Positions 27,436 to 32,000 of a stretch of DNA of 32,000 nucleotides are shown piece after piece. Made by a program: the position numbers and the translations under genes. The stretch comes from an uncultured Muribaculaceae bacterium. GTDB taxonomy: Bacteria; Bacillota_I; Bacilli_A; RF39; UBA660. The stretch lies in NCBI GenBank assembly GCA_964384115.1, contig CAYLJU010000004.1:14160-46159 (forward strand), read 5' to 3'. Numbering within the stretch: position 1 is the first letter of the stretch; each line of letters opens with the position of its first letter. The notes beneath the pieces are model-generated. The model worked only from the letters and a program-made list of their open reading frames with translations. It ran no database searches and had not been told where the DNA came from.

Positions 27436-27484
27436 TATATTGTATGATAGATATGGTTATGATAACAATGAGGAGGGTTTTGCT

Positions 27485-28003
27485 ATGAAGAATAGAAATA
27501 AAGTTATAATTTTTTTAGTGATTGCTCTATTAATGATAGGTGGCGTTACTTATGCTTTGTATATTCAATCTTCTGTAGCAAAAGGAACTTCTATAGTTGC
27601 TAGGTGGCGCTTTAAGGCAAACAATAGCAAGGAATCTTTTACCATAGATTTAACAAAAAATGCCTCTAATTTATTAAATGGTAAAATTGGTCCTGGTTCT
27701 TATGGATCATTTGATATCATTTTGGATGGAACTGGCAGTCAAGTTGATATTGATTATGTTGTTTCATTTGATAAATTAGAAAATATTCCAATGAATATGA
27801 AATTTTATGCTGATGCTGGAAAAAGTAAAACTGTTAGTTTATCTTCATATGAGATTAATGGTGTTATTTCTTATGGTGGCAGTATGCAAAAAAAATATAC
27901 TATTTATTGGGAATGGCCAATTGATGGTAATGGCGATACAAGTTATGCTGGAAAAACTTTGAGTTTTGATGTTCTTGTTGATGCTGTTCAAAAAACTAAT
28001 TAA
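27485..28003 (+). CDS. TasA/camelysin-family (peptidase M73-like) secreted protein with SipW-type signal peptide, copy 1
   Basis: MKNRNKVIIFLVIALLMIGGVTYALY signal. KIGPGSYGSFDIILDGTGS resembles the TasA NLKPGDK..F.F.N.GS strand. C-terminal YAGKTLSFDVLVDAVQ resembles TasA YQGNSIKLQFSFEATQ. The TTG at 27407 in the ORF track is the -35 box. Confidence 0.55.
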   Translation: MKNRNKVIIFLVIALLMIGGVTYALYIQSSVAKGTSIVARWRFKANNSKESFTIDLTKNASNLLNGKIGPGSYGSFDIILDGTGSQVDIDYVVSFDKLENIPMNMKFYADAGKSKTVSLSSYEINGVISYGGSMQKKYTIYWEWPIDGNGDTSYAGKTLSFDVLVDAVQKTN

Positions 28004-28061
28004 GGTGAAAAATTGATTTATTCAATTTTCATATAAAAAGAATTATAGGAAGGAAGAAAAA

Positions 28062-28682
28062 ATGAAAAAAGATCAATTAAAAATATTAATAGTTGCGTGT
28101 TTAATAGTTGCAGTTTGCGGATTTGCATATGCTACTTATGCATTCTTTCAAACAACATTTACAGGAACTGCAACAGCTACTTTAGCTGCTGAGTGGTCAT
28201 TTGATTTCTTAGGAAAAGATTCTGGTGCATATCAATCTTTAAAAGGAGCAACTTATACAATTGATTTAGCTAAGTCTTGTACTAATTGCGCAGATGTTAC
28301 TGTTGAAGGTAATACTACTAAAAAACTTCAACCAGGTTCTCAAGGTAGTTTCATGGTAAAAGTTGATGCATCATCAAGTACTGTTAAAACAAATGCTAAT
28401 GTTGTTATGTATAATTTAACTGTTGGTGGTAATACTACAATACCTGCTGGTTTGAGATTCTATGTTTTAGATGGTTCAAGTGAAAGAACCTTAACAACTG
28501 ATAGTTTAACAGGTTCTGGTGCAGCTATTTATTCTAATACTTGGGAAGCTGATGCAGCAGATAAAACAGGAGAACAAACAGTTTATTGGGCTTGGGATTA
28601 TGCAGCTGCTAATGATAATGCATTCCAAGGAAAAACTATAAATTTTGCATTAAAAGCTGAAGCTGAACAAGCTACTGAATAA
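28062..28682 (+). CDS. TasA/camelysin-family secreted protein with SipW-type signal peptide, copy 2 (expression-biased codons)
   Basis: Signal MKKDQLKILIVACLIVAVCGFAYATYAFF, then LQPGSQGSFMVKVDASSS, TVYWAWD, FQGKTINFALKAEAEQ. Colinear with copy 1. Visibly richer in G+C and uses TTC for Phe, as the ribosomal protein genes here do. Confidence 0.55.
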   Translation: MKKDQLKILIVACLIVAVCGFAYATYAFFQTTFTGTATATLAAEWSFDFLGKDSGAYQSLKGATYTIDLAKSCTNCADVTVEGNTTKKLQPGSQGSFMVKVDASSSTVKTNANVVMYNLTVGGNTTIPAGLRFYVLDGSSERTLTTDSLTGSGAAIYSNTWEADAADKTGEQTVYWAWDYAAANDNAFQGKTINFALKAEAEQATE

Positions 28683-28715
28683 GCTATGCATAGTTTATTG
28701 ATTAATCATATTATT

Positions 28716-28741
28716 AAGTTTCACTTTTGTGAAACTTTTTA
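28716..28741 (+). terminator. intrinsic terminator after the TasA-like pair
   Basis: AAGTTTCAC / TTTT / GTGAAACTT, followed by TTTT. Confidence 0.7.
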
Positions 28742-28851
28742 TGTATTTTATTAAAAATTATTATTTTTTTTATTTTTGATTGACTAATTTTTTTATAAGT
28801 GTAAAATTATAAATGTAATTAATTAATGCTATTCTTTTTGCTTTTATTTTG

Positions 28852-28860
28852 TGATATAAT
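28852..28860 (+). promoter_or_regulatory. extended -10 promoter element upstream of the abi gene
   Basis: TGaTATAAT lies 21 nt before ATG 28882, with AGGAGG between them. A second candidate is TTGACT (28780-28785), 16-nt spacer, TAAAAT (28802-28807). Confidence 0.35.
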
Positions 28861-28881
28861 TGATAATAGGAGGATATCTAT

Positions 28882-29808
28882 ATGCGAAATAAGACATTTA
28901 AAACTCTCGATGAGCAGATAGAAATAATGAAATCAAAAGGTTTAGTTATTTCGGATGTTGATAAAGCAAAAGGTATATTATTTAGGGAAAATTATTTCTT
29001 TTTAAACGGTTATAGACAACTTCTTATGTATCCTGGTGAGAAAAAATTCATTAAAGGTTCTACTTTTGATGAATTATATGGTATCTTTATTTTTGATAGA
29101 AGAATTCGTAATATATTTTTTAAATATATTTTGATTATAGAAAATAACATTAAATCAGTAATTAGTTATTGTTTATCAAAAAAATATGGATATAGAGAAA
29201 AGGATTATTTGCGCGATGATAATTTCGTTGATGATCCTAATAGAAACAAACAGGTTCATGATGTTATAAGTAAAATGAAAAGACAGATTAGGATTAATGG
29301 GGCTCAGCATAAAGCTACTGCTCATTATGTTTCTAATTATGGATATATTCCTTTGTGGGTTCTTGTCAAGGTTTTGTCTTTTGGAATTGTTGCTGAATTG
29401 TATGGCATACTAAAAGATGAAGATAAAGAAACAATTTCTAACATTTATAATATCGATAGTAATACTTTACTTATATATCTTTCTTTGCTTGCTAATTTTA
29501 GAAATATATGTGCACATGAGGACATATTTTATGAGCATCGAACTGGTAGAAAGATTCCTGATAATAAATATCATAAATTGCTTGATATAGAAATGAATGA
29601 AGATGGGTATATTTTTGGAAAAAATGACTTATATGCATTAGTTTTAATTATGAAAGTTATGCTTAGTGATGGAGAATTTAGAGATTTAATTCACGAAATT
29701 AGTTACGAACTTGATATTTTGAATGGAAAAGTAAATAGTGTGTCAATCGTAGAAATATTAAAAAAGATAGGTTTTCCAATTAATTGGACAGATATTTTAG
29801 ATTTATAG
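28882..29808 (+). CDS. Abi_2-family (AbiD/AbiF-like) abortive-infection protein
   Basis: N-terminal TLDEQIEIMKSKGLVISD...A...L...NYF.L.GY, central YIPLWVLVKVLSFG, and LANFRNICAHEDIFY (R-N-x-x-A-H motif). Length 308 aa. Confidence 0.75.
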   Translation: MRNKTFKTLDEQIEIMKSKGLVISDVDKAKGILFRENYFFLNGYRQLLMYPGEKKFIKGSTFDELYGIFIFDRRIRNIFFKYILIIENNIKSVISYCLSKKYGYREKDYLRDDNFVDDPNRNKQVHDVISKMKRQIRINGAQHKATAHYVSNYGYIPLWVLVKVLSFGIVAELYGILKDEDKETISNIYNIDSNTLLIYLSLLANFRNICAHEDIFYEHRTGRKIPDNKYHKLLDIEMNEDGYIFGKNDLYALVLIMKVMLSDGEFRDLIHEISYELDILNGKVNSVSIVEILKKIGFPINWTDILDL

Positions 29809-29816
29809 GAGGAATT

Positions 29817-30917
29817 ATGAAAAATAAACATTTATATTTGATTGGTTTCTTTATTGCTTTCTTTTTGGGAGTAGGAGGAACTATATTACTTTTGGATAAT
29901 ACTACTATTGGAAAGGAAAAAATAATTGAGCAGACTCTTAAAACAGTTAGTGTTACAGAAGCGGATAGTTTAAAATCAGCTATTGAATTGGTTGACGATG
30001 CTGTTGTGTATATTGAAACTACTGTCAAGTCTGGAAATGGCAGTGGATCAGGTTTTGTTTATAAAACTGATGATAAATATGGATACATTTTAACTAATTT
30101 TCATGTAATTGATAATTACAAAACTGTTAAGGTAACAAATAATAAAATGCTTACTTATGATGCTACAGTTTTAGGCTTTGATGAAACTACTGATTTAGCT
30201 GTTTTGAGAATTGCAAAAGAAGGTGTTTTGTTAGTTGCTCAACTTGGTGAGAGCAGTACTATTTCTAAAGGTGATACTGTGTTTGCAGTAGGTTCACCAC
30301 AAGGTTTAACTTATATGAATAGTGTTACTAGAGGAATCATTTCTGGTTCTAATAGGTCTGTTTCTGCTACAATTAACAATAAAGAATACTTAATGGATGT
30401 TATTCAAACCGATACAGCTATTAATCCTGGTAATAGTGGTGGTCCTTTATGTTCTTCTGATGGTAAAGTTATTGGAATTAATTCTATGAAATTAGTAGAA
30501 AGTAAGATTGAAGGTATGGGATTTGCTATTCCTATTGAAATTGCTTTATCTTATGTTGATAGATTAGAAAAAGGTGAATTTATTTCTAGACCTTATTTGG
30601 GTATTGAAACACTTGATTTGAGTACATATGTAAATAATAAATTTTATTTTCAAAGAGATTATAATTTTATTTTAGATAGTTCTCTTGAAGAAGGAGTTAT
30701 TGTTGCTAGTGTTGAAGATGGTTCAGTTGCTTCTAAGGCGGGCCTTAAAGCTGGTGATGTTATTGTTCAAATTGATGAAACAAAGACTGAAGATTCTACA
30801 CATTTCAGATATTTATTATATAAATATGAAGTTGGAGATACAATAACAGTTAAGATTTATCGTGGATCAGAACAAAAACAAATTAAAATTACATTAAGTG
30901 ATACTAGGAAGGATTGA
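29817..30917 (+). CDS. htrA: HtrA/DegP-family serine protease with C-terminal PDZ domain
   Basis: N-terminal TM anchor. Catalytic triad contexts TNFHVI, TDLAVLRI, GNSGGPL. PDZ segment GVIVASVEDGSVASKAGLKAGDVIVQID. ATG 29817 follows TAGGAGG. Confidence 0.9.
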   Translation: MKNKHLYLIGFFIAFFLGVGGTILLLDNTTIGKEKIIEQTLKTVSVTEADSLKSAIELVDDAVVYIETTVKSGNGSGSGFVYKTDDKYGYILTNFHVIDNYKTVKVTNNKMLTYDATVLGFDETTDLAVLRIAKEGVLLVAQLGESSTISKGDTVFAVGSPQGLTYMNSVTRGIISGSNRSVSATINNKEYLMDVIQTDTAINPGNSGGPLCSSDGKVIGINSMKLVESKIEGMGFAIPIEIALSYVDRLEKGEFISRPYLGIETLDLSTYVNNKFYFQRDYNFILDSSLEEGVIVASVEDGSVASKAGLKAGDVIVQIDETKTEDSTHFRYLLYKYEVGDTITVKIYRGSEQKQIKITLSDTRKD

Positions 30918-30934
30918 ATTTTCTTCCTTTTTTT
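30906..30934 (+). terminator. putative terminator overlapping the htrA stop
   Basis: AGGAAG (30906-30911) / CTTCCT (30923-30928) with an 11-nt loop containing the TGA stop, then T6. Confidence 0.5.
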
Positions 30935-30957
30935 GTTATTATATTGTTGGTGATGAT

Positions 30958-32000
30958 ATGAAAGATATTTTTAGGGCTTTAATTTGTACTTTTTTAATTG
31001 GTTTAATTGCATTTTATGTTTTTTTGCCTCCTATTAATTTTACATGTATGGAATTTTATAGTTTTTTAACATTTTTAGTTATTATTTATTTTGTTTTTAA
31101 AGTTATTGTATTTGGAAAAATAAATCTTAGAAATATTAAATATAATAGTTTTAATATAATTAAACTGGCTGTTTTAGTATTTGTTTTAGCTTTTTTACCT
31201 ATTTTAATTAATATAGTTTTTTCTCCTTTATTTAACGCTAAAGGTTATAGTTCGCGTATTGATATAAAGATGGATGGTAATTTTGCTTCTGATGTTGAAG
31301 AAGTTGATTTTAATCATATTCCTCTTTTAGACAAAGATTCTTCCCAAAAATTAGGTGATAGAGTTATGGGACAATTGCCGGAATTGGTTTCACAATTTTA
31401 TGTTTCTGATTTGTATACACAAATCAATTATGATAATCGAATTGTTAGAGTTACGCCACTTGAATATAATGGATTTATTAAATATTTGAGTAATTTTAAA
31501 GATGGTATTAAAGGATATATCGTTGTTGATTCAGGTAATGGTGAAGCAAATTTAGTTAAGTTAGAAAAAGGTATGAAATATGTTCCTTCGGGATATTTCT
31601 TTAATAACTTATATAGAAAACTTCGTTTTAGTTATCCAACATTTGTTTTTGATAATGTTAATTTTGAAATTGATAATAATGGTCATCCTTATTGGATTGT
31701 ACCAGTTATTAAGTATACTGGTATAGGTTTATTAAAAGATATTAAAGGTATTGTTATAATGGATGCAGTTAGTGGTGATAGTAATTATTATAAAGTTGGG
31801 GATGTTCCTAGTTGGGTTGATCATGTTTATTCAGCTGATTTGATTCTTGAACAAGTGGATGATTGGGGTATTTATAAAAATGGTTTTTGGAATAGTATTT
31901 TAGGTCAAAAAGGTGTTGTAAATACTACTGATGGATACAATTATCTAACTATTTTAGATGATGTTTACTTATATACTGGAATTACTTCTGTTTCTAATGA
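30958..32000 (+). CDS. membrane-anchored protein of unknown function, N-terminal 347 codons (3' end outside window)
   Basis: I translated it by hand from ATG 30958 and found no stop to the window end. Three or four N-terminal hydrophobic helices are followed by a large soluble domain (...GHPYWIVPVIKYTG...WVDHVYSADL...). Absent from the ORF track because it runs off the edge. Confidence 0.5.
   Translation, partial: MKDIFRALICTFLIGLIAFYVFLPPINFTCMEFYSFLTFLVIIYFVFKVIVFGKINLRNIKYNSFNIIKLAVLVFVLAFLPILINIVFSPLFNAKGYSSRIDIKMDGNFASDVEEVDFNHIPLLDKDSSQKLGDRVMGQLPELVSQFYVSDLYTQINYDNRIVRVTPLEYNGFIKYLSNFKDGIKGYIVVDSGNGEANLVKLEKGMKYVPSGYFFNNLYRKLRFSYPTFVFDNVNFEIDNNGHPYWIVPVIKYTGIGLLKDIKGIVIMDAVSGDSNYYKVGDVPSWVDHVYSADLILEQVDDWGIYKNGFWNSILGQKGVVNTTDGYNYLTILDDVYLYTGITSVSN

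Noticed and set aside
27407-27484. N-terminal extension (MTFVFVWGRIILYDRYGYDNNEEGFA) of the first TasA-like ORF
   Set aside because: The proposed TTG start is the -35 hexamer of a TTGACT-17-TAGAAT promoter. A GAGGAGG RBS precedes ATG 27485, which gives a normal signal peptide.
28683-28692. 10-bp palindrome CTATGCATAG immediately after the stop of the second TasA-like gene
   Set aside because: It is short and contains a restriction-site-like ATGCAT core. No partner site or functional context was found, and in AT-rich intergenic DNA it is compatible with chance.
28716-28741. parS-like half-sites GTTTCAC....GTGAAAC
   Set aside because: The two halves of the Bacillota parS consensus (TGTTNCACGTGAAACA) are present but separated by TTTT, and they are followed by a T-run right after a stop codon. 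This is best read as an intrinsic terminator. By eye, the CACGTG sites at about 4834 (ftsH) and about 11268 (ychF) have four or more mismatches to parS. I therefore report no parS site; a matrix scan should confirm this.
29780-30028. 82-aa minus-strand ORF across the abi/htrA junction, and the long 29784 start for htrA
   Set aside because: The minus-strand ORF is antisense to the htrA N-terminal anchor. For htrA, the TAGGAGG RBS sits directly before ATG 29817, so the extra 11 codons overlapping abi are unlikely to be translated.
1-32000. Alternative genetic code (TGA = Trp, Mollicutes-like), suggested by the extreme AT content
   Set aside because: Conserved proteins (RsmA, Ung, ParB, TruA, HtrA) terminate at TGA at their expected lengths, and Trp is encoded by TGG throughout. 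Code 11 applies.
1-32000. oriC/DnaA-box cluster, tRNA/rRNA genes, CRISPR arrays, IS elements or prophage borders
   Set aside because: The synteny (parAB, ychF, rpsF-ssb-rpsR) suggests an origin-proximal region. However, I saw no TTATCCACA-type box cluster and no intergenic gap longer than about 230 bp. There are no spaced direct-repeat arrays and no transposase, integrase or recombinase-like ORFs. The scan was by eye only.

Overview
Very AT-rich (by eye about a quarter G+C) chromosomal segment of a low-GC Bacillota-type bacterium. It uses the standard bacterial code: conserved genes such as rsmA, ung, parB, truA and htrA end at TGA at their expected lengths. All genes but one are on the + strand and tightly packed, often with ATGA or TAATG overlaps. 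Most of the window is housekeeping with origin-proximal-type synteny: rsmA', agcS, ung, tilS, ftsH, gmk, an M14 peptidase, parA-parB-DUF951, an AbgT-like transporter, ychF, rpsF-ssb-rpsR, an ecfA-ecfA-ecfT-like trio, truA, rplM-rpsI, a methyltransferase, rluA, zupT (-), a T-box leader with alaS, an amidase, htrA and a partial membrane protein. I saw no rRNA, tRNA, CRISPR array, transposase or integrase. Four regions are not ordinary. (1) Two translationally coupled, mutually paralogous giant ORFs (about 940 and 882 aa, 19.25-24.75 kb) that I cannot assign to a family; only the second keeps Cys-based motifs. (2) At the conserved ecfA1-ecfA2-ecfT-truA position there are three intact but shortened ORFs. 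The two ABC-ATPase homologues have lost Walker A, the LSGGQ signature and Walker B. (3) A small accessory-looking block (27.4-29.8 kb) holds two divergent TasA/camelysin-like secreted proteins with SipW-type signal peptides and a stand-alone Abi_2-type abortive-infection gene. No sipW gene is in the window. (4) A compact AlaRS (581 aa) appears to lack the C-Ala domain and the beta-barrel part of the editing region. It sits behind a clear Ala(GCU) T-box attenuator. All homology calls come from motif recognition by eye on the supplied translations; no database search was run.
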